Position numbers and translations under genes: made by a program
Shown here: one piece after another, positions 12,601 to 24,538 of the stretch
Layout of the letters: every line of letters begins with the position of its first letter
Position numbering within the stretch: position 1 is the stretch's first letter
Notes under the pieces: generated by a model
What the model was told of the DNA's origin: nothing
Databases searched by the model: none
What the model saw: the letters and a program-made list of their open reading frames with translations, nothing else
Assembly (NCBI RefSeq): GCF_001194135.2
Contig: NC_069002.1
Span: 8,186,223-8,250,222 of the forward strand
DNA: 64,000 nucleotides
Source: Octopus bimaculoides
Taxonomy: Eukaryota
Reading direction: 5' to 3'

Positions 12601-14371
12601 GGCCTATAAACAATGTATATACATTAAGTATGATATATAGATGGCTGTCTTGATTTTAAAAATGCCATTCATCAGTTACATTTTAGTTAAATGTTTTATT
12701 TTCCAGACTGTTTATCTTGTCTTTCCTGAAACCAATATATTGGACTCTCTATTTAGGATCTGTCTTGATAGGATTTGGAGCAGCAGGTAATTGTTTAATC
12801 CCATATTAACCATTCAGTATTGATCTGGAACATTGGCTACCAAAAGTTTCTATATTGTTACTTTATTCTTCTTCACCCTTTTGTTACCAGTTGAAATACA
12901 TTGCTTTTGTTTCAATTACTCATTAAAGTAATGATATAATGAAATAATTTTCTCCATGGGTGCATGCATGGCAAACTGGTTAAGAAACTTGCTTTGCAAC
13001 CAGGTGGTTTCAGGTTCAGTTCGTCTGCATGACACCTAGAGAAAGTGTCTTCTGTTATAGCCCCGGACTGACCAAAGCCTTGTGATTGAATTCGGTAGAT
13101 AGATGCTATGGCAACCTGTTGTATATATGTATGTGTGATTCTATGTACCAAATCCACTCACAAAGAATTATTTGGCCCAGAGTTATAGCAGAAATCACTT
13201 GCTGAAGGGGCCACGCAGTGAAACTGAACCTAAATTTACATGGCTGGGAAACAAGCTTCATAACCACTCAGCCACACCTGCACGTACATCATTTATTTAT
13301 GTAATGTCTGTATAATTTACCATTTTTTCACATAGGTTTATCTAAAAAAAAAAAAAAATATAGAAATTAATAATAATTTCTTTTGAACTTCCACATTTCA
13401 GTCATTTGGACAGCACAAGGAGCATTTCTCACCAATAACTCTAACTCAGAGACAATGTCTAGGAACAGCGGAATATTTTGGGCTCTTTTACAGTGCAGGT
13501 AAGTTTGGCATGGATGGCTGCATACAGACGTGTTTGTGTGAGCGTGTATATATATCCAGGTTTAGGTGTAATAAGATATGTATTCATGTGCATACGTGTA
13601 TGGATGTGAAGATATTTCAGTATATGTATGTTGTGTGTATACAGATAAATGTGTAATGAGGTGTATATAGGTGCAGATGTAAATATATGGATTTTCGATT
13701 TTCTACCATTGAAACAAAGTGACCCTCCAAATTTTTTCCATCCATTTTGAGAAGCGTTCCTGCAGCTACCTGGTCAATCCAGAAACCATGTCAAATCAGG
13801 CTGAAGTTTAGTGCAGCCCCTCAGCTTTCCAGCCCTGGTCAAACCGTCCAACCCCTGCCAGCATGGATAATGAACATTAAGTGATGGTGATGATATATAT
13901 ATANNNNNNNNNNNNNNNNNNNNNNNNNNNNNNNNNNNNNNNNNNNNNNNNNNNNNNNNNNNNNNNNNNNNNNNNNNNNNNNNNNNNNNNNNNNNNNNNN
14001 NNNNNNNNNNNNNNNNNNNNNNNNNNNNNNNNNNNNNNNNNNNNNNNNNNNNNNNNNNNNNNNNNNNNNNNNNNNNNNNNNNNNNNNNNNNNNNNNNNNN
14101 NNNNNNNNNNNNNNNNNNNNNNNNNNNNNNNNNNNNNNNNNNNNNNNNNNNNATGAAGTTATGTCCAAGCTGGAAATGGATCTTATGTTTGTGTCAGACA
14201 CCCGGAATTATGTAGCTTGCCCCCTTGGAAGAAATGCTTTTGTTCTATGCCTTATTTTTATTTGTTTTCCTTTTTTTTTTCTTTATTTGTTTGAATTTTT
14301 GCTTTTAGCCATTAATGTATGGTTAAGTAAGAACGGAACTTTGTCAAACTATGAGACTTAAGTAACACCAG

Positions 14372-14406
<35 letters not shown>

Positions 14407-17400
14407 TGAGAAAGAGAGAGAGAGAGAGATGGGAAGAAAGAAATATTTGGTAGCAATGCAACACTGTGCCATATCATTCTGTGACATTTTCTCCAATTCC
14501 TTTGATTAATTTTGACCCCAATTTTCTTCTTCTTTTCCCTATTTTTATATAGTTTATTATGGGGTAACATCTACACTTATTTCACCTTCCAAGGAAAAGA
14601 GGTCATCAGTTCCCAAATGCGATTACAGTTATTTGCTGGTCTCAGCGGCGCCTGTGGACTTGGTGTCCTTCTCTTATTTATTCTCAGATCAAAAGTTCCA
14701 CCTCCACCATTATCCAGTGTTGAACCTTCCAGTGATGAACCTTCCAGTGATAAGACTGAGAGCAGGTAAACATCTGTGAATATGATAAAATTGTTCAGAA
14801 TTTGATGTCAGTAATTAATTACAAATTATATTTGTCTTTTTGTATTTTTTGTAAAACTTGTCCAAAAGGAAACAAGAATTTCCGTTTAACCCTTTTTTTA
14901 ACTAGGCATATCTGGCCCAAATACCTGTTGTGTCTTATAAGAAACATCCACATAAAGGCAATAAGGAAACTACTTTTGAATTGTAAGGTCTCATAAATAA
15001 TCCTATAACAACAAACTATTTTTTTTTTTGGTTGTTAAGGAAATCACCAGGGTCATTTGTTGTTCTGATGGCCCAGAAAGAAGAAAGTACTTTATTGACA
15101 TTTCACATTACCATATAGCATATAGTGTAAACATGTTATGTAAATATGTAATGTAAACATGGAGGTGCAATGGCCCAGTGGTTAGGGCAACGGACTCGCG
15201 GTCATAGGATCGCGGTTTCGATTCCCAGACCGGGCATTGTGAGTGTTTATTGAGCGAAAACACCTAAAGCTCCAATTGGCTCCGGCAGGGGATGGTGGCG
15301 AACCCTGCTGTACTCTTCCACCACAACTTTCTCTCACTCTTACTTTCTGTTTCTGTTGTGCCTGTAATTCAAAGGGTCAGCCTTGTCACACTGTGTCATG
15401 CTGAATATCCCCGAGAACTACGTTAAGGGTACACGTGTCTGTGGAGTGCTCAGCCACTTGCACGTTAATTTCATGAGCAGGCTGTTCCGTTGATCGGATC
15501 AACTGGAACCCTCGACGTCGTAAGCGACGGAGTGCCAACAACAAGTGTAAACATGTATAAACCTTCAAACATCATGACACAATGACACAGTTGCTCTATT
15601 GATTATTTTATTGACTATCCTATTAAAATTAAAACCTTTTCACTTTGTTATTTTTATATTTTCATTTCAGTCCTGAGAACATTGTGGGTGTCAAAAGTAC
15701 ATTCTGTGAGTTCTTATTTTTCTCTTTCCTCTTTTTTCCTCTTCATTCTCTCTACTTTTACCTTTTCTCCTACTTACACTAATATATCCTCTCCTCCTGC
15801 TCTACATTTTGTGAAAACTTTGTTTAGTTTTTCTCACTAACTTTAATATTTATTTCTTTATTTCTGTCTGTCTGTCTCTCTGTCTCTCTCTCTCGTTCCT
15901 GCCTCCTATGAGTCCATCATCTGCCAAAATTAAATCAACTTTGTCAGTAGAACCCTTCTTTACTGATTCAAGTGTATTTTGTGTTCTGGCTGGAATATTT
16001 TAAATCTTAGAACTAAAATGTGTTCCAATAATGTGCTAGAGGTCTGTAGGCATACAGGTCACCGTTTCAAACCCACCAGGGGAATCCTGTTGTATATTGG
16101 ATCAGAACACCTAATTCTTCAGCATTTTTCTGTCTTATGTCCAACTACCAGGGACAGATACTCTTACTCCCTCCCTCCATCTATCCCTGTTTGTCAGTTT
16201 CTCCATTCCTCCTTATCTTTCTATCTCTCTCTCTCTCTTTGTCTGTCCACTTACTTTGGTTAGAATCCTAAGATAAACGTGATTTTTGTCTTGGACACTT
16301 TTACCAATCTGGCTCTTAATGTTTTACTGTTTCCATTGCAGTGAGGGCATTTCAATTGTTCAAGAATAAAGATATGCAACTGCTTCTCTTACCATTTGTG
16401 TACACAGGTAAGTACATATTTTTGATTCGGTCATTCATTACCTTTCCCTCTCACTGTCTTTCTAATAAGTACCAGGGATCTTTTTTTAAAACGGGGGCCA
16501 CAGTTTTCATTAATGTTTTACGTAGTGTTTTTGGTACCGAAAGACTTTCAAACTTCGTATACTTATCTATTTTGTGTTATAGAACAGAAAAATATTTTTG
16601 TATTCGAATTTATTTCATGTAAAAAAATTGTCTTATTTCGATAATTTCAACCAATCACTGACAAGTATTCAGTTGTTTATATTTACTCCTTTGGCTGATT
16701 AAGCGGTGTAAAGCGTATTTAATCTCCATAANNNNNNNNNNNNNNNNNNNNNNNNNNNNNNNNNNNNNNNNNNNNNNNNNNNNNNNNNNNNNNNNNNNNN
16801 NNNNNNNNNNNNNNNNNNNNNNNNNNNNNNNNNNNNNNNNNNNNNNNNNNNNNNNNNNNNNNNNNNNNNNNNNNNNNNNNNNNNNNNNNNNNNNNNNNNN
16901 NNNNNNNNNNNNNNNNNNACATATTTTTGATTCGGTCATTCATTACCTTTCCCTCTCACTGTCTTTCTAATAAATACTAACTCTTTATCTAACACATACA
17001 ATCACACACTCACTCACATAGACCCTCTTTCTCACTCTCTCTCCCTAACACATTTCCTCACTATTTGTTTTGTCTGTGCCACATTGACTTCTTCCTTTAA
17101 AAAGAAATCATGTTGGTGTTTATTTAAATTAAATTTCTGGTGACCTCACTAGTGTTGGTGCTACAAGAAAAGCTCCTTGTACATTCTGTCAAGTTAATTG
17201 CTGGTAGGAACACTGTATTTTTTCGTATTCCAACCATAACATGCTACCAAGTAGATTAAANNNNNNNNNNGTTTCGTTAAGAAAATACTGTGGCCCCCGT
17301 TTTAAAAAAGATCCCTACTAACTCTTTATCTAACACATACAATCACACACTCACTCACATAGTCTTTCTCTCCCTAACACATTTCCTCACTATTTGTTTT

Positions 17401-20400
17401 GTCTGTGCCACATTGACTTCTTCCTTTAAAAAGAAATCATGTTGGTGTTTATTTAAATTAAATTTCTGGTGACCTCACTAGTGTTGGTGCTACAAGAAAA
17501 GCTCCTTGTACATTCTGTCAAGTTAATTGCTGGTAGGAACACTGTATTTTTTCGTATTCCAACCATAACATGCTACCAAGTAGATTAAAGGTTTTATAAG
17601 TCAATGCTGTGTCCTACTTTTTAACAGCGCAATACAATCACTTATAACTCTGCAAGATTTTCTATAGAATTTAGAGCCAGCACTTAATAGCTTCTTGTAA
17701 TGCGAAATAACCTTTATTTAGATTTTATTTCAGAGAACTAAAATTCCTACTTCTTTATTTCCTTTTATTCTGTTTTTCCTAATCCAGGAATTGAACTGAC
17801 GTTTTTCTCTGGTATCTACGGCACATGTCTTGCTAACAACAAACATTTTGGGGATAAGGCTAATGGATTGATTGGAATATCAGGAATGATTATTGGCATT
17901 GGTGAAATCCTTGGTATGTTGTATTTTATTACCTCTGCCTTAGCGAAGACGGAGGTATTGTTTTCAGTTGTCTTTGTTTGTTTGAGGACAAGATATCTCA
18001 AGAACCGCTGGATGAATTTGGATGAAACTTTCAGGGATGTTTGGCCTCGTGACTGGCATGTGGAGGTATGCAAAGGTAGTGTTGGTATAGATGGGAAAAT
18101 GAATGGATGGAAGAAGAAATTCTTATGAAATCTATTACTGAAGTATTTTATTCTAGTTTCCATATTTCTTTGAAAGTTTATTTCTATATCTACATTCACA
18201 GGCGGTGGTATTTTTGGTATCTTCGGAAAATGGACTCAACGTTTCGGCAAAGACCCTTTCATATTGTTGGGATATGTGGTTCATGTAACAGCGTGTTACC
18301 TTGCTTTTATAAATTTACCACCTGACTCTGCACAAGTGGAATCAAATTCTTCTACATATTTATCATCAAGGTGAGAGCAATTTTCTGGAATTCTTTCAGA
18401 AAAAAACAAAAAACATGTTTTTTATTAATTGTGTCTAATAATCTTTTATTCTGTGAAATATGTCAGCATAGCTTTGTAGCTGGGAAGTATTTGTCTATGA
18501 GAGATTCTGTACAATGTTGTTAATGTTTTTATTATTAATTCATATTTTAAGATGGCAAGCTGCCAGAATCATTAGCATGCCGGGCACCAATTCTGCCCTT
18601 TGCTCTGTTCTGTTCTGAGTTCAAATTCTGACAAAGTCAACTTTGCCTTTCATCCTTGCAGGGTCAATAAATTAAGTGTAATCGACTAGTCCCCTCTCGC
18701 CAAATCAGATTGGAGCCTGGTGTTGCCATCTGGTTCACCAGTCCTCAATCAAATCGTTCGACCCATGCTAGAATGGAAAGTGGACATTAAACGATGATGA
18801 TGATGATGTGGGTGGATGTTGAGAAAATGGCCAGTGTGAAAAGACCAATTCTGAGAATACACCTGTAAAAATAAAAGGTCTTTTGCCCTATTGATCAGGT
18901 ACCCATGGTTTTTGTGGGTTTTTCCGCAAGTAACCTTTAAAGCTCTTGCCCCCATTGGGAGTTTTACTTGTTACCGTTTTATTGCTATTTAATGTTTACA
19001 TGAATGTGAAAATCCTTTGTCTCGTCTTGTGTTGTCTTTTATGTATAATTTATATTATCCCTTGTGGCCAATAAAGGAATACATTATTATTATTTAAGGA
19101 GGTGAGTTGGCAGAGGTGTTAGCACACCAGGCAAAATGCTTGGCAGCATTTTGTCCGTCTTCACATTCTGGGGTCAACTTTGCCTTTCATCCTTTTGGCA
19201 TCGATAATATAAACCCCAGTTGATCACTGGGGTCAAAGTAATTGACTTACTACCTTCCCATGAAATTGCTGGCCTTGTGCTAAAATTTGAAACCATGCTG
19301 CGATTGATTGTTTCAGTTGTAGAATCATAGTCTTCCCTAAACCATTTCCCAATCTCCACTGAAATTAATAAAACCTAATCAGCCATTTTCTATCATCTGG
19401 GGCATTGCCCCAGCCATTGACCAATTGTGCTGTATATCATGTTTCATCTCTAATATTGTTGCTGTCTCTCTCTTTCAGTATTGCTGTAGCGTTAGTCTGT
19501 AGCTTTTTACTTGGATTTGGTGATAGCATTTTTAATACACAGGTAAGAACATTCTTTCGATTGCATTTATAAAAGTAGAGAGCCTTTATTAGCATATTAT
19601 TGTTGTTGTCTAGTCCAAGATAATCTCTTAAACAGTAGACCTTTGAGGCATTCTAGCCATGAACATTCTGTCTTTCTGTGTTGGCATAACATATGTGGAA
19701 AAAAAACAAAACCTTTTATTGAATTCTCTTAAGCAAAGTAAGACAATGAAAACAAAAGATTTAGTCGGTCATTTATTGATATTACGTGATATACACAAGC
19801 TGAAAGCACCTTTCATCATTTAACGTCTGCCTTCCATGCTGGCATGGGTTGGATGGTTTGACATGAGCCTGCAACAGGCTGGATGCCCTTCCAAATGCCA
19901 ACCGCTTCACAGGGTAGAGTGGATGCTTTTTACATGGCACCAGCAGGGTCAGCAAGCAGCTTGCAAGACAAGGAATTTTTTGAGAGGGGCGGGACCATTG
20001 GAGGAGGCGATCTTGTGTCAAATGATGAAAGATTTGAGTGTAACAGAAGAGACAGTCAGAAATATAGCCACCAGTATTAAAAACACTGTATATACAAGTA
20101 ATGCCATGGTACTAAGACAAATATTCCAGCCAACACCACCAAGAAACTCTTCCACAGCCTTACGGTTTCTCCCATTGAACGAGAAATATGTTAGAAATCT
20201 GCTAATAGCATCAACCAGTTTTTCTTTGTGGTAGGTTACTAACAACATCCTGCTGGATTATTTTGCTCATTGTCACTCACTGACTTTTTTTTCTGCGACG
20301 TTTGGCTGTTCTTTCTAGCACGCCAGATAACCACTTAGAGCTGGCTCTGTATTTCTACGCAGAGATCACCTTCGATTCTGCTATTATGGCTGCGGGAAGG

Positions 20401-22205
20401 TCACATCTATTTCTTTAACTCCAGCAAGATATATGATTTTTATTTCATCAAGTCGGAAGGTTCGAACTATGAAGTCAAATCCCGTAAAATTTATATTCGG
20501 AACATAGAAAGAAACTAATTTCTTTAGTAACAGATTTAATCGAATGGAAAGTAAAAAAGAAAAAGAAAAGTAAAACATGCGTGTAAGGGAAATAACTCTT
20601 ACTCAGTTCAGGGGAGATAAATCTCAAATATACTTCAGTTTCTCGGAATAGTTACAGCGTCGAACGAATAACTTACAGCATTTGGTGACGATCCTTTACG
20701 CACCGAGTTCAAATCTCTTCAAGGTTGATTTTGATTTTTATTCTTCTATGATCAGTAAAAAAATAAGACTAGTCAAGTCCTGCTATTCATATCGATTTTT
20801 CCTTTCCGAATGTTTCGCTTTGTTTGTACGACTAGGGATGCCATATCTCTCTCTCTGTCTCCTTTTTCCTCTCACCATCTCTCTTCCTCTACTCTGTTGC
20901 TCCTCTCTAATCTCATCATCTCTCTTTTTCTGTTCCTTTCCAGATATTCGCTATATTAGGAACTGTATTCCCAGAAGATGGAGCACCTGCTTTTGCATTG
21001 TACAAATTCGCTCAGGTAATTCTTTCATTTCTGTTCCTGGATGGTCAATTGTGTATACACCCACCATATGTGTATACTGCCCAATGGCTATTTACTAACT
21101 GTCCATGAGTATACTAACCACTAAACTGCATCTTCATCCTTTGGCATTTAAACTAGTCTTATCCCGTCGAAATATTCTATTTGTTTTGTGTTAAAACTGA
21201 CCAGAGCCAACCTCTCACACTTACCCCACAATGTCACTCTAAAAGTATACAAACACACCAGTGAAATTTTTAACCTACAAAATATGCTGTTCTTGAGAAG
21301 ACCTCTTGAGCCAAGTGAAATCGTAGTCGTGGCTGATGCCAGTGCCACCTGACTGGTACCCATCCCAGTGGCATGTAAAAAGCACCATTCAAGAGTGGCT
21401 GATGTCAGTGCTGCCTGACTGGCTCCTGTGCCAGTGGCACGTAAAACGCCCCATAAAATGTAATTAAATAAGTAATACATTTGACAAAGAAATCTGAATG
21501 CTAAAAGATTAATGATCTCTCTCTGTCTGTATACTAACTTGACTACATACTGACCAGTGACCGTGTATATACTGACCACTGTGTATATTCTGGCCAATGG
21601 TTGTGTGGTCATCATATATACTGGCTGTGTAAGCACAAGTGTTAGTCAATTACATCAACCTCCAGAGCTCAGCTGATTCTAATTTGATGTAATCGACTCT
21701 TGCCCACCTCCCCTCAAAAGTGCTCTTGTGGCAAAAATTTGAAATAATAATAATTATTATTATTATTAAGGCGGCAAGCTAGCAGAATCGTTAGCATGCT
21801 GAATGAAATGGTTAGCGGTATTTCTCCTGACACTGAGTTCAAATTCCCCTAAGGTTAACTTTACCTTTCATCCTCTCAGGATTGATAAAATAAGTACCAG
21901 TTGAAAACTGAGGTCAATGTAATTGACTCATCCTCACCTCCCCCAAGCTGCCCTTATGGCTAAAAATTGTAATTACTATTATCATTATTATTTTAATTGT
22001 TGTGGATGTCATTTACTCTTTCAGTCTTATTATTATTATTGTAATTGATGTCATTTACTCTTTCAGTCAATTGCAGCTGCCATCTCCTTCTTGTACAGTA
22101 TAGCACTTCCACTCCAATGGCAGTTATTCATCATAGTCATCTTAGGTACATTTGCTTCCCTCTCATTTTTCATATTGGAATGGAGTATATTTGGAAGGCT
22201 ACCAC
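1992..22205 (+). CDS. MFSD11: Copy A: UNC93-like MFS transporter, MFSD11 family (exons 1-13, 1330 nt = 443 codons + 1 nt; last exon downstream)
   Basis: Thirteen exons join in frame through GT-AG introns. Motifs [61 protein letters not shown] and LEW match MFSD11 as I recall it. Exon sizes are mirrored in copy B. Confidence 0.93.
2671..2857 (-). mobile_element. SINE family 2 fragment
   Basis: Family 2 motifs in reverse orientation. Confidence 0.65.
2950..3260 (+). mobile_element. SINE family 2 (body and 3' end)
   Basis: GGCAAGTGTCTTCTACTATAGCC...GTGCTCCAGCATGGCCGCAGTCAAATGACCGAAACAAGTAAAAG. Confidence 0.8.
5648..5972 (-). mobile_element. SINE family 2, diverged
   Basis: Family 2 motifs in reverse orientation. 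Confidence 0.7.
6553..6739 (+). mobile_element. SINE family 2, 5' half
   Basis: TGGCTGTGTAGTTAAGAAG head; ends at a gap. Confidence 0.65.
7730..8020 (-). mobile_element. SINE family 2, diverged
   Basis: Family 2 motifs in reverse orientation. Confidence 0.7.
8140..8360 (-). mobile_element. tRNA-headed SINE family 4 (related copy at about 6290-6480; head fragment at about 58993-59042)
   Basis: Reverse complement begins GGCACATAGCTCAGTGGTTAGAG...GAGTTCGATTCCTGG; body shared with 6290-6480. Confidence 0.7.
8409..8566 (+). mobile_element. SINE family 3
   Basis: GGCAGTGAGCTAGTAGAAACGTTAGCAC...GTCGACTTTGCCTTTCATCCTTTCGGGGTCGATAAATTAAGTACCAG. The core resembles the Meta-type SINE domain as I recall it (unverified). 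Confidence 0.75.
9350..9481. repeat. Near-perfect inverted repeat: 63-bp arms, 6-nt loop
   Basis: Arms 9350-9412 and 9419-9481 differ at only two positions. Confidence 0.95.
10405..10460 (+). CDS. MFSD11: Copy A exon 2 ([19 protein letters not shown])
   Basis: ttctttccag acceptor, GTAGAT donor; 56 nt; homologous to 44381-44436. Confidence 0.9.
10823..10930 (+). CDS. MFSD11: Copy A exon 3 ([36 protein letters not shown])
   Basis: AG/GTGAGT boundaries; 108 nt; phase 2-2. Confidence 0.93.
12707..12786 (+). CDS. MFSD11: Copy A exon 4 ([26 protein letters not shown])
   Basis: ttttccag/GTAATT boundaries; 80 nt. Confidence 0.93.
12960..13283. mobile_element. Two SINE family 2 5' halves in tail-to-tail orientation (intron 4 of copy A)
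   Basis: Plus copy at about 12960-13125; minus copy at about 13140-13283. Confidence 0.6.
13402..13498 (+). CDS. MFSD11: Copy A exon 5 ([33 protein letters not shown])
   Basis: atttcag/GTAAGT boundaries; 97 nt; WTAQG and RNSGIFW motifs. Confidence 0.95.
14553..14765 (+). CDS. MFSD11: Copy A exon 6 ([20 protein letters not shown]...[14 protein letters not shown])
   Basis: tatag/GTAAAC boundaries; 213 nt. Confidence 0.93.
15162..15545 (+). mobile_element. Full-length tRNA-headed SINE (family 1), flanked by a TGTAAACATG target-site duplication
   Basis: A-box-like TGGCCCAGTGG, B-box-like GTTTCGATTCC and a CAA tail; TSD at 15152-15161 and 15546-15555; near-identical copies at about 26166 and 56502. 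Confidence 0.85.
15671..15705 (+). CDS. MFSD11: Copy A exon 7 ([11 protein letters not shown])
   Basis: ttcatttcag/GTGAGT boundaries; 35 nt; phase bridges exons 6 and 8; mirrored at 41051-41085. Confidence 0.88.
16342..16407 (+). CDS. MFSD11: Copy A exon 8 ([21 protein letters not shown])
   Basis: ttgcag/GTAAGT boundaries; 66 nt. Confidence 0.92.
17788..17913 (+). CDS. MFSD11: Copy A exon 9 ([42 protein letters not shown])
   Basis: atccag/GTATGT boundaries; 126 nt. Confidence 0.95.
18202..18370 (+). CDS. MFSD11: Copy A exon 10 ([24 protein letters not shown]...STYLSS)
   Basis: ttcacag/GTGAGA boundaries; 169 nt. Confidence 0.93.
18553..18705 (+). mobile_element. SINE family 3
   Basis: Family 3 head and core motif. 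Confidence 0.65.
19098..19295 (+). mobile_element. SINE family 3
   Basis: Family 3 head, core and GCCTTGTGCTAAAATTTGAAACC tail. Confidence 0.7.
19479..19542 (+). CDS. MFSD11: Copy A exon 11 ([21 protein letters not shown])
   Basis: ctttcag/GTAAGA boundaries; 64 nt. Confidence 0.95.
19815..19960 (+). mobile_element. Dispersed repeat family 5 (CATCATTTAACGTCTGCCTTCCATGCTGGCATGGGTTGGA...)
   Basis: Related copies at about 9155-9243, 11866-11910, 13770-13890(-), 18700-18800(-), 22835-23020 and 42640-42745(-). Class unknown. Confidence 0.6.
20944..21015 (+). CDS. MFSD11: Copy A exon 12 ([24 protein letters not shown])
   Basis: tttccag/GTAATT boundaries; 72 nt. Confidence 0.95.
21770..21968 (+). 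mobile_element. SINE family 3
   Basis: Family 3 motifs. Confidence 0.7.
22067..22205 (+). CDS. MFSD11: Copy A exon 13 ([46 protein letters not shown])
   Basis: ctttcag acceptor; GTAAGT donor at 22206, positionally conserved in copy B (139 nt in both). Confidence 0.92.
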
Positions 22206-23849
22206 GTAAGTATTCCTCTTGTTCTTTCTCTTATTTCCGTTCTGAGGCACAACAAATTTTGTTTGATTTTATCAACACCTTGCCTCAGTACCGATAATGA
22301 ATTTTACCGGTTTCTTAATTTAAGAATGGGGATATAAGAAACTATTCTAAAACAAAGGGTCACAATTTGACTCAACCTTTTCACAAACACATAGACGTAT
22401 AAGCATGCATGAATTATGTCTTCTAGAAAGTTTCAGTCTATCAAATTCTTCTTTAAAGTCATTAGCTAACTATGTCATTATCATTTGAAGTTAATCAGCA
22501 TTTGTTGGCAGCCTTGGCAGGATATGATTGGTCCAAGAACAGCATTATGCTCTAGTGTCTGCTTTGGCATGATTCTTACAGCTGGGTACCCTTCCAAATT
22601 CTAACTAATCTTCATCATGTACCAAATGCGTTTTTCAAGCCACCAGTGCTTTGTGAGGTTGCCGTGCATCTCACAAGACTGTGAACTCCAAGGGTGGTGG
22701 GTTAAGGTATGAGAGAAGTGGGTAATGCAGAGCTGGTTCCTGCTGTAAGAGGAAGAACATGGTTACTCACATTTAGAGGAGAGAATGAAAATGAATCAGT
22801 AGTTTTTGGAAAGGAGATGATGTATAATATGTATCATCATTTAATGTTGGCATGGGTTGGACAGTGTGACCAGGGCTGGCAAACCGGAGAGCTGCACCAG
22901 GCTCCAGTCTGATTTGACATGGTTTCTATGGCTGTATGCCCTTCCTAATGCCAACCACTTTACGCAGTGTGCTGGGTGCTTTTACATGGCACCACATGGG
23001 AGCTGCACAGGTGCTTTACATGACCGGAAGGATCAGTCTTAACACTCTTGTACTCCACAGTATATATGAATAAATGACTGACCAATTGATTAATAATAAT
23101 AATAATAACAATAATAGTAAAAGAAATGAAATTGAACCCCAGTGTACATGTTTATTGTTGGCATAATGACCCTTCTAAAATACAAGAAAATCAAATATGA
23201 CTTTGAAGTCATTGTCTTTATTATAACATAGAAGCAAACATTAATATGTGTGTTTGTGTCTTTTGGTTTTGGAATTGCGCAATAGTTGTAAATAAGTGTC
23301 CCTGTTATACAAGCAGTGTCATTCAATTCCAAATGTCTATGAACACATGTCAGGTTATGGAGAAATATAACTTTGCTTGGAAACAGGTGAAGGTTAATGG
23401 AAGGAAAGGCATCCAGCTGTAGAAAATCAGTATCAGGGAGTTTTGTCTGACTCATGCAAATCAGGGAAAAGAGGATGTTAAAACAAAGAAGGTGAGGAAA
23501 AGGAAATGTGTTTGCTGGTGTAGCTGTTTTAGTATGTGTATATGTATGTGTTTATGTATATATATATATAGAGAGGTGTGTGTGTGTGTCTGTATACATG
23601 TGTAAATATATGTATGTATGTGTTTGTGCAAATATATATGTGTGTGTGTGTGTGTGTGTGTAAAAAAAAAGTATATATATATATCTTTAAAGTTAATTAA
23701 ATTGTCGTTAACAATATTCAATATTTCTGTTTCTTCTTTCAGGTGTATGTATATATAAGTAGTGAGGCTTACATAATTATTTCTCAATGGTTTTTGCTGT
23801 CTCAAATTTTGATGCTTTATTAATACTATTTATCATTATTATTAATAAG

Positions 23850-24538
23850 GTAGATAGCTGGCAGAATCATTAGCATGCCGGATGAAGCGCTTTGTGGCAT
23901 TTCGTCTGTCTTTGCATTCTGACTTCAAATTTACCTTTCATCCTTTTGGGGTTAAGCTAAGTACCAGCTGAATACTGGGGGATCGATGTAATCAACTTGT
24001 TCCCTCCCTCCAAATTCTAGGCCTTATGCCTATAGTAGAAAGGATTATTATTAATATCACTAATAGGCGTAGGAGTGGCTGTGTAGTAAGTAGGTTGCTT
24101 ACCAACCATATGGTTCCAGATTTCAGTCCCACTGCGTGTCAACTTGGGCAAGTGTCTTCTACTATATCCTCGAGCCAACCAAAGACTTGTGAGTGGATCT
24201 GGTTGACGGAAACTGAAAGAAGCCCATCGTATATATATATGTGTGTGTGTGTGTGTGGGCAAAAGAGACTGATAGAATAAGTACTAGGCTTATAATAATA
24301 ATAATAATAATAATATTATTTATAATCCTTTCTACTAAAGGCACAAGACCTGAAATTTTGGGGGAAGGGACTAGTCGATTACATCGACCCTAGTGTTTTA
24401 CTGATACTTAATTTATCGACCCCCAAAATTATGAAAGGCAACGTCAACATTGGCAAAATTTGAACTCATAACGTAGAGACGAATGAAATACTGCTAAGCA
24501 GTTTCTCCAGTTTGCTAATTACTCTGCCTGCTCACCGC
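23850..24538. mobile_element. SINE cluster: family 3 (+, 23850-24040), family 2 (+, 24066-24290), family 3 (-, 24315-24538)
   Basis: Diagnostic family motifs. Confidence 0.7.

Larger units (their letters stand above)
1..23200 (+). repeat. Left arm of the inverted segmental duplication (partner about 32240-46920)
   Basis: Exons, intron flanks, upstream segments (18-330, 570-900, 1700-1990) and downstream segments (22335-22600, 23070-23205) align by eye to the reverse complement of the right arm. Confidence 0.85.

Noticed and set aside
15162-15250. tRNA-like sequences (also 26170, 56502, 8290-8360)
   Set aside because: They are SINE heads continuous with SINE bodies and lack a complete cloverleaf; not called as tRNA genes.
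16420-17590. Apparent tandem duplications in copy A intron 8
   Set aside because: The copies border gaps, and the homologous copy B intron shows only one unit.
22206-22297. Read-through of exon 13 to the stop at 22297
   Set aside because: A perfect GTAAGT donor conserved in position in copy B makes splicing more likely.
23731-23762. ttctttcAG|GT|GTATGT as a 2-nt microexon linking exon 13 to the phase-0 exon at 27745, or as a terminal exon RVCIYK*
   Set aside because: The phase arithmetic works, but such motifs arise easily beside TG/TA repeats and there is no paralog support.
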